A stretch of DNA of 61,860 nt, counting the filler, from Asterionella formosa (taxonomy: Eukaryota): NCBI GenBank assembly GCA_002256025.1. It is 6 parts of 6 records of this genome, joined end to end, with 100 filler letters (N's around TTAATTAATTAA, not from the genome) between each part and the next. Parts side by side here need not be neighbours in the genome. Positions count along the whole stretch, not along the records: positions 20,669 to 30,898 come from NKIB01009746.1; positions 30,999 to 41,221 come from NKIB01009747.1; 4 more parts are not named here. The stretch is one strand, 5' to 3'. Within the stretch, counting starts at the first letter, position 1; each line of letters opens with the position of its first letter. This document shows positions 23,956 to 37,200 of the stretch, piece by piece. The notes under the pieces were generated by a model. It was not told the DNA's origin, searched no databases, and saw only the letters and a program-made list of their open reading frames with translations. The position numbers and the translations under genes were made by a program.

Positions 23956-26463
23956 ATGATGTTGCACAACAACAACAGCCGCAGCGCCCTTCTTCGACGT
24001 GCTTCTCCTCATCGCTGGCTGAATAGCGGTAGCAGTGAAGGAGGTCGCTCAGGAGGTCGCGGAACCACGGGCCATGGTCGAGGAGCTGGTTCAACAGGAC
24101 CAGCACGTCGACCACCTCAATTTGCCAATCCCCGACGTCCCAGCACAGACTTTGGCAATGCTCACGGGGGACGAGGGAGTATTCAGAAACCCAACTTCTC
24201 CAAAACGTTTCTAGAACCAGCTGCAAAGGGAGAATTGCTATACAAGCACGAATCGGGAATCCCAAAGTTGGCAGCGCGAGCGCCAAAGTCCATGGCGTTG
24301 AAGAATGAGTACGACCCAAACGACGATGTTTTAGGCATGAATCGAGGAAGTGCTGGGGGCAGGGGACAGCACCAAGGTGGAAGGGGAGGTGGTGGTGGAC
24401 GTGGAAGTGGAGGCGGCGGACGAGGAAGAGGGGGCGGTAGGGGGAGCCGAATGAACAACTACGACGAGTATGACCCCAACAAACTCGACTATCCGAATGC
24501 CAACATTAAAGATTATCTTCGTTTACCTCCCAACTACGACTCGGAAGATGAATACGATGAGATGGTATCCACTTTCGACCCAGCCAAAATTGAAGGGACC
24601 GAAATAGATGGAACTGTTATTTTGAGGGAAACGGCGTCGGACTACGAAGACAGTGACGACGAGGCAGAAGGATGGGAAGACACCAAAACGGACCATTGGG
24701 CACCGCCGCAGCGTCAGAAAAGAGCTACCTTTGGGAAAAACCAGGATGAAGATGGTTCCGTGGAATCTTTCTATTTGAAAGACATTATGGACATTGACGA
24801 CGACCCCGTCGCTAGATTGCCCAAAGAATTTATTAATACACCAATCCCTTTGAAAATGAAGGGTGACAAACTGGAGCATTTTTTGGAGGCATCCCTTTCA
24901 CATCCCACCAAGTATGCCACAGTTCAACGCCTGAACCTACATCCAGAAAGTTTGCGTGTTCCTAGGCCCATTATTGATGCTACCCGTGCCCAACCGGATT
25001 TGGAATTTATGCACAATCATATGCGTTTTGCCTTTGTCACTGGCCTTCCATTCCATGTTTTCGACGAAGAAGCCGGTGACATGGAAAATCCAATCCACCG
25101 GCATGCCATCGCCTCAACAGTGGCCAATTTGTTTGGGGTAGAAAGCAAGCATGTCTTTCCAGCCAATATGCGTGAAGCCTACATAGGCTTTACGGACAAG
25201 AAAGTACGAGATCAAGTTATGCTCAATGGACCAAAGCTAAATGTCATTGTCAAACCACTCAGCATGGCACTATATAAGGGGAATGACCATACCGACTTTT
25301 GCAAGGACGCTGCGGCCGTGATTCGATTCACGCATGTCTCCCCAACAATGTCATCAGCACTATTCGCTCATATTTTCTTTCCTGCAGGATCCGAATTGGG
25401 ACAAATTTACGGGGCAATTTCTGTGACCGACGTCCTCAAGGCGTCCGACACGACCATGCTCCTCAAGTGCCAGTCGGAAGCGCAGGCTACCTCCATGCTC
25501 GCATCGGTGCTCGTTTACAAACGATTGGAAGAATTGGGTACTTACAAAATTCAATACTTCAAGGCCAAGCGTGAATTGCAACGATTTGGTTATACTGGCC
25601 CCAATAAATGGGCACCCAAGCTGTTGCGTGGAAATAAAATGGTGGTGGCAGGAGATGTTCCGTCCGACGAGTTTTTTAGATGCCATGCATCAATGGTGCA
25701 AATTCGAGGAATCGACGATGACTGGACTAAGGAAGACTTGACGCAAGTCTTTCAAGAATTTAGTCGAGAGAAGAGGGATGTACATGGAAGTATTGAATTC
25801 ATTACTTGTGCTCGTGGAGAAAAGACGGGGCGTGCATACATTGGCTTTGATCGACTTCAAGAAGCAAGAGCATTCATGGATCAAACCAAAGGCCGCTTGC
25901 TAACGACCATTTCCTCCCGACCTCCCACCATGATTCGTGCCAGGATTGTCACAGAAAAATATTTTCGTGGTCAAGTCCCCAAGGAAGAACGTCCAGAACG
26001 AACAATAGAAGAACTCTTGGCCGACTTGGAATGGACCAACTTTGTGAAGAAGGAAGACATTGACTATCTTGAAGAAGCTGGTATACCATCTGTTGCCATT
26101 CGTGATGTATTTCGCGTCCTTCGATTCCAGAATCGTTCGTTTGGACCCGCGGATCAAAACATGGCTCGCGAACGAGTGGAACAGGAAATGCAACGGGGTC
26201 AAAAACTGCGTGAAGCCATGCAGTTGTATGTGGACACTCTGAAGGCGAATATTGCAACACCGGAGAATCCGGGAGAATTGTTTAAGGCTTTTTTTATGGA
26301 GGGGGAAGCACTTGATTACAGCATTTTTGACAAGGAAAAAGAGAGAATCAAGAGACTTCAATTGAAGCGAAATTTCGAGGATTACGGCATTGATGAACGA
26401 AATTTGGAACCCAGGTATCCAGTTAATTTGCACCCATTACCGACATTTAAAGGGACATACTAA
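23956..26463 (+). CDS. RGG-rich, RRM-like putative RNA-binding protein, possibly mitochondrial, 835 aa
   Basis: Intronless ORF with an Arg/Ser-rich, acid-free N-terminus, GRGG repeats and an acidic tract. RRM-like segment MVQIRGIDDDWTKEDLTQVF...GEKTGRAYIGF. Confidence 0.75.
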   Translation: MMLHNNNSRSALLRRASPHRWLNSGSSEGGRSGGRGTTGHGRGAGSTGPARRPPQFANPRRPSTDFGNAHGGRGSIQKPNFSKTFLEPAAKGELLYKHESGIPKLAARAPKSMALKNEYDPNDDVLGMNRGSAGGRGQHQGGRGGGGGRGSGGGGRGRGGGRGSRMNNYDEYDPNKLDYPNANIKDYLRLPPNYDSEDEYDEMVSTFDPAKIEGTEIDGTVILRETASDYEDSDDEAEGWEDTKTDHWAPPQRQKRATFGKNQDEDGSVESFYLKDIMDIDDDPVARLPKEFINTPIPLKMKGDKLEHFLEASLSHPTKYATVQRLNLHPESLRVPRPIIDATRAQPDLEFMHNHMRFAFVTGLPFHVFDEEAGDMENPIHRHAIASTVANLFGVESKHVFPANMREAYIGFTDKKVRDQVMLNGPKLNVIVKPLSMALYKGNDHTDFCKDAAAVIRFTHVSPTMSSALFAHIFFPAGSELGQIYGAISVTDVLKASDTTMLLKCQSEAQATSMLASVLVYKRLEELGTYKIQYFKAKRELQRFGYTGPNKWAPKLLRGNKMVVAGDVPSDEFFRCHASMVQIRGIDDDWTKEDLTQVFQEFSREKRDVHGSIEFITCARGEKTGRAYIGFDRLQEARAFMDQTKGRLLTTISSRPPTMIRARIVTEKYFRGQVPKEERPERTIEELLADLEWTNFVKKEDIDYLEEAGIPSVAIRDVFRVLRFQNRSFGPADQNMARERVEQEMQRGQKLREAMQLYVDTLKANIATPENPGELFKAFFMEGEALDYSIFDKEKERIKRLQLKRNFEDYGIDERNLEPRYPVNLHPLPTFKGTY

Positions 26464-26660
26464 AATGGTTACAAGAAAGTGGAGTAGCCACAAGAGTCTA
26501 GAGGGGTCCTTTCGTTTAGTGCTATAGTCAGAAGCAATATTTTATTTGTCTGGTCACTCAGTAGATAAAAAGGAGGCATAATAGAGGAACCTTAGACTGC
26601 AACTATTTCGAGTGGCGTTCCCCATATACATTAGACGATGGGGGATACCGACGCCAGAAT

Positions 26661-29600
26661 TTAAAGGAGATCAAGGATGATCATCTCAACATCGGTTGGT
26701 GTTGGCTGATCGGGCTCGCGTACTTCTCCGTCAGTATAAACATCCTTCCCTTGAAACAAGACATTTTCCACAAACTTGAGCTGCCGCAATAGTGAAAGTG
26801 TTTCTTGAGTTGGCTTCAAACCAACAGATTCAAGCTTTTCTCGGATCCTTGGATAGTAAGCAATACGTGGCTTGAAGTTTCTAGCACGTTTCGAGGCAGG
26901 TTCGATTTCATTGCTTTCTGAAGATGATTCAGTAAAGTCGTCACTGTCTTCGTCATCGCCAGACACCATGTCAAGCACTCTACGTCTGCAGCTCGATGAC
27001 AAATCGCAAGATTTCAGAGCAGTTACTGCCGCTGCGTCTCCAAGCATCTGAAACGAGATTGCTCGTCCAAGACTTGCTCGATGGGATGCATCAGCAGGTA
27101 AAGGGGAGGTATCTTGGGCTCGGGTTTGTAAATTTGCCGCATTAAAATGTTCTGGTTGCGGCGATTGTTCGTTGCTTGCCGGAAGCTTACTGCTACGCTC
27201 GTCCGAGTCAGTTTCAAGTGTAGTTCCGCCTATACCAGACTTCGACTCGGTCGCCGCAATGGGAGAGAAGAAATACTGGTGAAGTTGCCAAAGATCAGCG
27301 TTGTTAAAAGGCATTCTGCCAATCTCATGAAGTGATCGAAAATGCAAGCGCAACCATTCCAAATTTTCTTCTTTTCGCAAAGGGTCGTATTGGGGTTTAT
27401 CAAGTGACAAGATCCTCGCTTTTTGCTTGCTCGTCTTTTCCATTCCACTTTCCGACCATGCTTCTGCGAGACGAGGGTGACTTCCTGATCCCTTCAAACC
27501 TTGGACAATCGGTGGCACCCGAAGCGTTCCAGATAGCGTTCGCTCCAGCAATGCCGCATTAGTGGTTGCCAAAGGTGATGAATCAGATATCTTTCGTTCA
27601 TGAGGTTCAGTGGACAATGCCGTCGCACCATCATCTCCAATTACGCCCATCGCCTTCTTTGCAGCTGCAATTACGCTAGCCGGAGCTGCTGGTCCTGATG
27701 CTTTCTCTTGGTCTTCTATTCTTTGCTCGTTGCGCCATAACTTCCACATTAGACGAATGAAACCTAGCACTTGATCGTTTGTCCACCGTTCAAGGGCCCG
27801 AGGGAGGCCCAAAGTAACCACGATGGCTGAATGGAGAGAAACGTGTAAGAGACGGGATAGTGATAATCCTGTGTTGGCAAATAACTTACCTCCAATTGGG
27901 AAACCAGTCAAGACGCGCAAAGCACTATATCGGTTGGACACGATGCCGGCCACAATATGGCGTTGAGCGGCATAACCAACTGAACATTTGTCAATGTAGA
28001 GATATTTCAGAGTAGTGTTATAAGCGATTCCATATGATAACGCTTTTGCCGAATTCGCGTCAATGGGAATGCCGCAAAGTCCTAAATAGGATAGGCTCTG
28101 GTTCTCGGACAAACTCTTCATGAGGGCTTTAATTCCAACCGTCGTTATTGTGTTGCCGCTCAAATCAATGACCTCCAGCGCGATCGAAGTCAATACCACG
28201 GCAAACAATTGAGCTCCTCTATCGCGAATTCGGTTGTTGTCAAACCTCATCTCTCGGAGTGTTTTGGATCCCCAAACTGCATTCATTATGCATTCAATGC
28301 CAGTGCATGNNNNNNNNNNNNNNNNNNNNNNNNNNNNNNNNNNNNNNNNNNNNNNNNNNNNNNNNNNNNNNNNNNNNNNNNNNNNNNNNNNNNNNNNNNN
28401 NNNNNNNNNNNNNNNNNNNNNNNNNNNNNNNNNNNNNNNNNNNNNNNNNNNNNNNNNNNNNNNNNNNNNNNNNNNNNNNNNNNNNNNNNNNNNNNNNNNN
28501 NNNNNNNNNNNNNNNNNNNNNNNNNNNNNNNNNNNNNNNNNNNNNNNNNNNNNNNNNNNNNNNNNNNNNNNNNNNNNNNNNNNNNNNNNNNNNNNNNNNN
28601 NNNNNNNNNNNNNNNNNNNNNNNNNNNNNNNNNNNNNNNNNNNNNNNNNNNNNNNNNNNNNNNNNNNNNNNNNNNNNNNNNNNNNNNNNNNNNNNNNNNN
28701 NNNNNNNNNNNNNNNNNNNNNNNNNNNNNNNNNNNNNNNNNNNNNNNNNNNNNNNNNNNNNNNNNNNNNNNNNNNNNNNNNNNNNNNNNNNNNNNNNNNN
28801 NNNNNNNNNNNNNNNNNNNNNNNNNNNNNNNNNNNNNNNNNNNNNNNNNNNNNNNNNNNNNNNAGATAAATAAAGAGTTCGCAGTGCATGATTTCCGGCG
28901 ACTGCGTGTAATGCAAGCGCTGCGCATCCTGGGTCTCCGATCCCATTAAAACCGAAGTCCAAAACTGATATATTTTTGTGGTGAACTCCATGCTGCACAA
29001 AGCCTTGTGATATTATAGCTGCTCCATTGTCTCCAAGGTCGTTATAGCTTAGCTTAAGTACCGACAAGTGTGGATTTTGTATTATAGCATGTCTAATTGC
29101 GTTAGCATCCTGTTCGCGCAGGCCCCGTCGTGATAAGTTTATCTGAACATTTTGAAAGAGGGGAGTGTGGGGAGGGTTTAGTCTAAAGACATTTGCAGAG
29201 ACAGAGAAAGGTAGTACAACGTACCAATGTTAGTCTGCCACTCATTGAAGTCAATAAAAGGTGCCTAATGAGAATATCTTTGTTGTGTCGTGTTTCGTAC
29301 TCAATCTCGTCTTCTTCCGGTTCCTCTTGCCATGCACCCAACGTTTGGTCGTACAGGTGCAGCGGTCCTTTCGGTCTCTGCGTAGCCATAGCCGTCGAGG
29401 AGGAGCCATCCTCAGGATCGCTCGGCAGCTGGCGAAAGCTCGATGTAAGCCTGGTCCTCGTCAAGACCGGCGACGAGGCTCGCGAGGAGTTTTGTGATCG
29501 TAATGCTTTACTGTCCGCGCGGTCGCAGCTGGCATCTGAAGACATATCTGAGCAGTCAGTTTGCAGTGCTCCGGGCAATACCGAAGCCGGGTTGTTGGGG

Positions 29601-29716
29601 CTTTCGCCCTCTTGTTTGTTGCCTGTTTGTCGGCAATCGGCGTCGGCAACGCTCTCGTAACTCCTTGTATTCAAGGCTCCTATTTGTTTTAGATTGTTTG
29701 CTTGATACGGGTACAT
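26661..29716 (-). CDS. RNI-like leucine-rich repeat protein, multi-exon, interrupted by an assembly gap
   Basis: Repeats such as LSVLKLSYNDLGDNGAAII, VLDFGFNGIGDPGCAALA, MRFDNNRIRDRGAQL and IDLSGNTITTVGIKAL. The N-gap at 28310..28863 lies within the CDS. Confidence 0.85.
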
Positions 29717-31827
29717 GACTTCTCGTTGACTTGGGCCCAACAAGCAGGAGCTGCACTCACTTCACTTCACTTCACGCAATATTCCGAGTTTGATCGTTGC
29801 GAATGGGAACTGCAGTGGGTGCTACAGTACTGCCTGGTCTGTTGAATCAACTAACGGCCAACCTGATCAAGGGAACTAAACTTTATGACGGAGGAGTGTG
29901 TCGATGGCAGATCAGCGCAGCCGCAACAAGCGCTGCTACGTCGAGTGTTCCCCGCTTGTCACTGCGGTTGAGCAGTCTATTCGACAACAATGAGTCTCCG
30001 TAGGCAGCAGCCTACCGGTAGATTTGTTTGCCCAATTGAAAGCTCGAGGTGGGCACTTTGGTGTTATAGTGTCCCAGGAGAGGGCAGCACAGTCGCGGTG
30101 TTTTCGGCTGTACGCCTTCGAAACCAGTCAAGCAGCCAGCTGCCTCAGAAAAACAATGCAGCACTGGTACCTGGTAGTACCTGGTACCGGTATGCCATTT
30201 ATCATACATACGTAGACGGACGACACCCTGGCTGATGACGACACAACAGCACCACGACATGCATCGTCAACTAACGTTTTGCTGCTAGCTATGTATATAT
30301 ATATACAGCGGTTGTGACGAGCTGTAATGTACTGGTAGGTAAATGCGTTCCGCGTACACATACCTACAGTTAAAACATAAGCAAGCAATGTCATATGTAC
30401 CGGTACCGGTGCACAGTTATATTTGGTGAACCTGGTACCCTGGTACCAGGTACTACCGGTGCTCCTGGAACTGAAACAAGGTAACAGGAGGAGCACTAGG
30501 TAACAGGTACCTGGTACCAGGTACCGTCGAAAACTTGCAGCATTCTCCCTGAGGATACCAGGACCAGCAAGTGCGGTCATTATGCTTAAATAAACAATTT
30601 TAAATGGGATAAAACAAGCTAAATATTTCGTTTCAGAACAACTCCAACGTATCGAGTACATAGGACCAGGTACCTGACTCACCAACTTTCGCAGTCGTGG
30701 CATGTTCCTCCAGTGCCTGTGTCATCAAGAACTTCCAGCACTACATACGTATTAGGTTACCTGGCAACCGAGGCTCAACAATTAAGTACCGGCAAGGTGC
30801 GGTCATTTTGTCGAGCAAACTGAAAAAGGTGCTGGCCGCAGGCACTCAAATTCGACACCTCCGAAAGTATTAATTTGACGACATTTAGAAATTTCTAANN
30901 NNNNNNNNNNNNNNNNNNNNNNNNNNNNNNNNNNNNNNNNNNTTAATTAATTAANNNNNNNNNNNNNNNNNNNNNNNNNNNNNNNNNNNNNNNNNNNNAA
31001 GTTCCAAGATCCAACTGATCTGAAATAAGTGGAGTTGAATCGATTGTAAATCGATTTCTAGTTTTATAAGCTCACAATAAAATAAGGAAGCAAAACGTTG
31101 CTGTCTACATTTGACTTGTCTAAGAGAAAGACTATAGCATACAGCGTGTACAAACGTGTACTGCTACTGGTGTAAGGAATTTAACACCCTGGTACACCGT
31201 TACTCCCGTATTAACGGATTAAAAATATCATGAGTACCGGTATACATTTAGGCATACACTCCTGATTTATATACCGGTATATGTTATGGCGTGGAACAAA
31301 ATTATGTCTACAGTTAGCAACGTAGATATAGTATTAACGTTTTAATATCATTTTTGTTTGTTTAAAATGGAACTCTGTCTATCTGGCGCCGAATCCTATT
31401 TAATTCAAATATTCAAATGGACACTCGAATCATGGGAACTCATAGCAGCAAACTCCCTGTTCCATGCCGATTTTACAACCCTAGCGACGTTTTCTCCAAA
31501 CTAGGGTTAAGCTGAGGGCCGCAACCTTAATGATAAACAGTACTGAAAAGAGCTCGAATATGCTGGTACTTGTCGTCTCCATGGATAACTTGTACAAACC
31601 AGGTACCCTGGTACCAGTACTGGTGCCATATGTGGTTCCAGGCACCATCACAAACCGCACGCACTCCTGGCAGTAAATTATTTTACAGTGCTCCTGGACG
31701 TGCAGCCACATCCTATAGTACCGGTACTTCATTGTAATTTCAGAAGCGCTTCGTCCTGCTGCAGACAAACCCCTCCCTCGCTTCCGTCGTACCAGGTAAC
31801 CGTTGTTTGCAGAGAAAATCATCCATC

Positions 31828-32139
31828 ATGGACTACGAAGGACAAAAGCTTGCTGAGCTTCTCTTTTATTGGATAATTTGCTCCTTTGGCGGAGTCGGCT
31901 GGGTCTTTGGGTACATTCATCAGGATTTCACCATGGTATTTTATGTTTGGTTGGTGGGTGTGGTGCTATCCGTAGTAAGTGGTGTTACGGTCGTTCCGCT
32001 GCTAATTGCATGTATGAATAGTTGCTGATACTAACATAATTGGCAGTTGATTTGTGTTCCAGATTGGCCCTTCTTCAATAGACATCCTGTGCAATGGCTG
32101 GAATCTGTACCTGATCGGCGACACAAGACCATCAAATAA
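31828..32139 (+). CDS. SPCS1: Signal peptidase complex subunit 1 (SPC12/SPCS1), 2 exons
   Basis: MDYEGQKLAE, two hydrophobic helices, intron 31975..32046, then LICVPDWPFFNRHPVQWL. Confidence 0.92.
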
Positions 32140-32681
32140 AAGATTTCTCGTCATGGTATGACAAGAAAGAATGCCATGCACCATCATTCCCTCCTCCGAT
32201 ATCATTGGGAATAACCAAAACAAGAATCGATGATCTCTTATACTTCTCTAATTCCACATATCGACTCCAACCCTTCTCTCCACTATTTTACAAAATTCCA
32301 AGTTTATACACAATTTTGACTTTGTATCTATTTGACCACATATGCGTAACTAGTTGATGCATCCAATCCCTGTTCGAGTTGCTCTATCTATCTTTATGAA
32401 GTACATTTGGTCGATTAGTTTCTGGTCGACTAGTCAATGTGCTGGATTGAATAGACATCATTGAAATGTTTTCTTCATGGTGAGGATGTGTATTACTGGT
32501 TATTTGAATGTACTGGAAAGGAGGAGAAAAATGTCCCCTAATTGCTTGACTTCCATGATGTTATTATTTGCTCAGTAGAATGGGTTGCTACCTGGCATTA
32601 GGGTACAGTAAGACATTCATTCATTGGGAATGGTGACGATGATTCCACAACTTCTTCAAGGCTACGTCAACCAGTCTATCA

Positions 32682-32822
32682 GGGGAATGGCTTAATTGGT
32701 TAGCACACCTCATGAGGTGGTAGGTTCGATTCCTGCATTCTCCAACTGTCTTTCTTCATGTAGTAGTCCCTAGAGTTCTGGCCAGGGGTAAGACTGAAGA
32801 ATAGACAGGTCCCTTTGTACCA
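32682..32822 (+). mobile_element. Diverged second copy of the tRNA-derived SINE (head and body)
   Basis: GGGGAATGGCTTAATTGGTTAGCACAC...GGTTCGATTCCTGCATTCTCCA...CATGTAGT...GACAGGTCCCTTTGTAC aligns to the reverse complement of 10980..11113. Confidence 0.8.
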
Positions 32823-33475
32823 CCTAAAAGCTGAGAGCCAATGTTAAATCGAGAAAATTACATTTTGGACTACGGGGAGACAGAAGAGGACTCTCACCGT
32901 CTACTGTGCACAGAGGCAGATAACCCCATAACACTTATGCATGCATCCTCCAGAGGGGTTCACCAACAGGATCTTTCACTGTTCCTCCTCCCATGTCACA
33001 TCAGAAAACAAAGACATAGTCTAACTCAAAAAATGCTTTGGCTTAACGCCTTGAATGCCTCAGTCAACTCTTGGAATGCCACAGGAGGCTCAACCTATTT
33101 TCACCAAGCTTGGCACTGTCTCCCCCAATGATGGGAGCAGCTGGTGGGACGATAACCACGAGAGCAGTTTCGGCCTCATCCTCAGAAATCCAGTTCTTTT
33201 CTCGTGTCTCCTCAGGCCCAAGTGCGATTATTAGACTAGTTTTAACGTACTCAAAAAAATTATTTAACACCCTGTCAAGCTTCATTGTGATGAAACTCCT
33301 TCTACATGATGTGTATGTCGAAACATCATACCAGTGCTAAAACGCCGAATAAATTTATTATTGTTACTTGGTAATTTTCAACTTCTTCACCTTTCCGCCA
33401 ATCTTGGCCACATTTCAGACTTCAGGTTGCTACATAATATTAGCTTAAGTTAAAAATGTGGCCGAGATTGGCTGA

Positions 33476-33640
33476 TTGACCCCTCGTTTCTTTTCTCTTG
33501 ATTGCAGCGACGAAACGAAATTAATTTAGCTTTCAAACAATGGAAAGAAATTAGAATTCTTTTTACCACCAAAATTAATTGCCCTTTTAGTCGCGTCTAG
33601 TTTCAAGCACAACATGTTGCATGTGATATTTAAATAATAC
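33476..33640. repeat. Dispersed repeat shared with 12000..12170
   Basis: Direct sequence similarity over about 160 bp. Confidence 0.75.
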
Positions 33641-34287
33641 AACGACTTCTACTTATATACCGGTACGTCACCAGCAACCGGGTACCCATGGTATCCTGGT
33701 AACACCTCCTTTCCTTTCTGCTTGCTCTACCTGGCACCTGTGCAAGTTGCGGTAATGATTGTGCTGAACCTAACCTTGCTGATAGTCATTAACGCTGATA
33801 GTCTTTAACGGTCAAGAACCATGGAAGCAAAGTTCGATGAGGCAAAGGCTGCTTAGGAACAGCAAGGAACACTCCAGGCAAGGCATTCCATCCCCCCTGC
33901 TTGTTCCTTGTGACAATCCGATACCGGTGGAATTCTCCGACATTGTTGAAATGTCTAAAATAGTGATGTCAAGGACACCGAAAGCAACAGGAACAAAAAG
34001 TTGACATCCATACCGGCATATGACATACAGGTGAGTAATAAAATTGACCAGATTATTTGTCTCACTTACCAGAGGTGTCTGATTCGTAAATTCCAATAAT
34101 GTCTTGACAATAGAACCAGGGTACCAGGTGCAGCCGGTAAATAAATCAACCGCCAAATTATTTACACACCGGAAGCATCTGAACTGAAGCCACACAGAAA
34201 ATACATCAATAAATGGAACGACTGACCACATTGCTGCACCAACAAATTGTAAGACTTATATAGAAAGACTAAACAATCGACAAGGCG

Positions 34288-37200
34288 ATGACAGCTGCTT
34301 CGCCGACACCAGTTGACCATGACGGCAGAAGGGTAAAGAAGTCATCAAGCGATGCTCCGATGGCCAGTGTTAGAGAAGTCCTTGGATTCGTTTGGCAATT
34401 GGGGACAGGAACTCGCGCCTTGTTTGTGCTGGGAACGCTGAGCGGAATTGGCAACGGGATGGTGTACCCCGCGCTTGCCTATCTCTTTTCCTCGTCTTTT
34501 TCAAGCATCGCTGGCGCCAGCAACAACGGACTTGATCAAGTTCGACAGATTGCATATACATTCATGGTCTTGGGGGCGTTTGCGTTGGTCATGGCTTGCA
34601 TTCAAACGGGCTGCTTTGAGATTTGTGCCCATCGAGCCACCAAGTCTTTTCGGTTGCAATGGTTCCAAGCATTGCTACGACAAGACGCGGCCTTTTTCGA
34701 CGTCTATGACATTGGTGGTACGTTGAATGCTGACTCATTTAGTCTACCGGTAGGTCCCTTGAACGATGCTCTGTATCTGATCTGTTGGCTCACACACACA
34801 ACCCGTGGATTCATTCAACCCTCACTTTAATTATAGGTTTGGCTTCGTCCATTGGGCCCAACTCTGGTCGATTCCGTAGAGGAATTGGACTCAAATTTGG
34901 GGAGGGGATTCAATTTTTGACCACTGGTCTCGGTGGCATTGCTTATGCCTTTTATGCCAATTGGAAAGTTGCCTTTGTGGTGATTGGTGTCCTACCGCTG
35001 GTTTCATTGGCTGCCATTGCTGTCTTGACGATCAATCAGACAAAGGGTGCTAGAGAAAGTCGAGCCTACTCCAAGGCAGGAAGCGTGGCCTACAGCACAG
35101 TATCTGCCATCAAGACGGTGTTATCGTTGAATGCCATTCCTGAAATGATTCGTCAATACAAGGAGGCCACATTGGAAGCTTTCACAATTGCTGTTGCTCC
35201 TTTGTGGTCACAAGGATTTGCATTAGGTGAGCAAAAAGCAAGAACATTCCGTGGTAATCACTCATTTTCCAGGAACAGGTTGAACTGTGCATTTTTTAAC
35301 CATTACTGCTCTTGTTCATATTCAAGGTTCCATGCTTGGAAGTTTCATCATTCTCTATTGCATTTTGGTGCTTTTTGGAACCTACTTGTTATGGTCAGAC
35401 GTACAGGATACTGGTTGCGATCCCTCAGGATCTGTCGAAGATAACTCCTCGTGTGCGACCACTGGGTCGAAAGTGTTTGGTGCCATGCTGGGTGTTGCAT
35501 TTGCCTCCCAGGGTGTATCGCAGGTTGGTAACTTTTTAGAAACATTTACGGCTGCACGGGTGGCTGCCTATCCAGCCCTAAAGGCGATTCGTCGAAAGCC
35601 CGGGGCTCCAGCAGAAGAAATTTATGACACACACGACGAATCGTCAGACAGTACCAAGTCGGCAGACAAGTCATTGAACAAATCGACCAAAAGTAAAATG
35701 ATCGAAGACGACAGCGAACGAAAGCTCAAGGCCATCTTACCAGCGTACACCATTGATGCCTTTTCTGATGAGGGAGTAAAACCAACCAACATTAAGGGAA
35801 ATATCAGTTTCAAAAATATTGTTTTCACGTACCCTACTCGACCAGATATTCCCATCTTGAAGGGACTTAATTTGGAAATTGAAGCTGGGAAAACAGTAGC
35901 TCTCGTCGGACCGAGTGGTGGAGGTGAGTGAGGTTGTGAATGCTTAATGACCAACTGCGGAAAACTAGCTAACTTGGTTTGCTTTGCGCATTCTGTATCC
36001 TATCTTAGGCAAGTCAACGACAGTGGCGTTACTTGAACGATTTTATGACCCATTGAGCGGAACCATCGAGCTCGACGGCATTAACTTGAAGGATATTAAT
36101 GTGCACCACCTTCGCTCCCTGATTGGGTATGTTGGTCAGGAGCCCATTTTGTTCGCTACTTCTATTGCTGCGAACATCAAGTACGGCAACCCTAGTGCCA
36201 CTCAGGAGCAAATTGAGGCCGCAGCCAAGATGGCCAATGCCCATGATTTCATTTCTTCATTCCCGGACGGGTACGCTACTCAATGTGGAGACAAGGGAAG
36301 CCAAATGAGCGGCGGTCAAAAGCAACGTATAGCTATTGCTCGTGTTCTTGTTTCCAACCCCGAAATTCTCCTTTTGGACGAAGCAACCTCTGCCCTTGAC
36401 TCTGAGTCTGAGCTCATTGTACAGGATGCGTTGGACAATGTGGTGGCGAAACAGAAACGTACAACTATCGTGATTGCCCATCGGCTAAGTACGATTCGCA
36501 ACGCTGACACAATTGCTGTGATTTCTGGTGGCGTTGTTGCTGAACAAGGTACTCACGATGAACTCATGGCTCTCGAAAGGGGTCATTATCGTACTCTTGT
36601 TGAGAAACAGGAGAGACCAGGAGCTGTCTCGGAATCCCTCACCCGAAACAGTAGCATGTTCGACGCAACTAAGCTCGTTGGGGTGTCTAACGAGGAGATG
36701 TTCTCAACGATTGTTGATGGCAACATCAACTTCGAGTTCAAAGACGTGAAGTTTGCTTACCCAACCCGTCCAAGAAAGAACGTCTTGAATGGGTTCAATC
36801 TTGCCATTACCAGAGGAGAAACGGTTGCTCTTGTTGGGCCATCTGGAGGGGGCAAGTCCACTATTGTTGCTATGATTGAGCGTTTTTACGACTGCAAAGA
36901 GGGATCAATTGAATACATGGGAAACGATATCAAGTCTTTGAATGTTCATTGGTATCGTGATCAAATTGGTTACGTCGGTCAGGAACCCACACTTTTCAAC
37001 ACTACCATTGGTCAGAATATTTCATACGGTGCACCTGGTGCCACCCAAAATGATATTGAAGCTGCTGCTGTTCAAGCAAACGCTCACGATTTCATCATGG
37101 GCTTTCCCGACGGCTATGAGACATCAGTTGGCGAGCGAGGTACTCAATTATCCGGTGGTCAGAAGCAACGTGTTGCTATTGCTCGGGCCTTGATCAAAAA

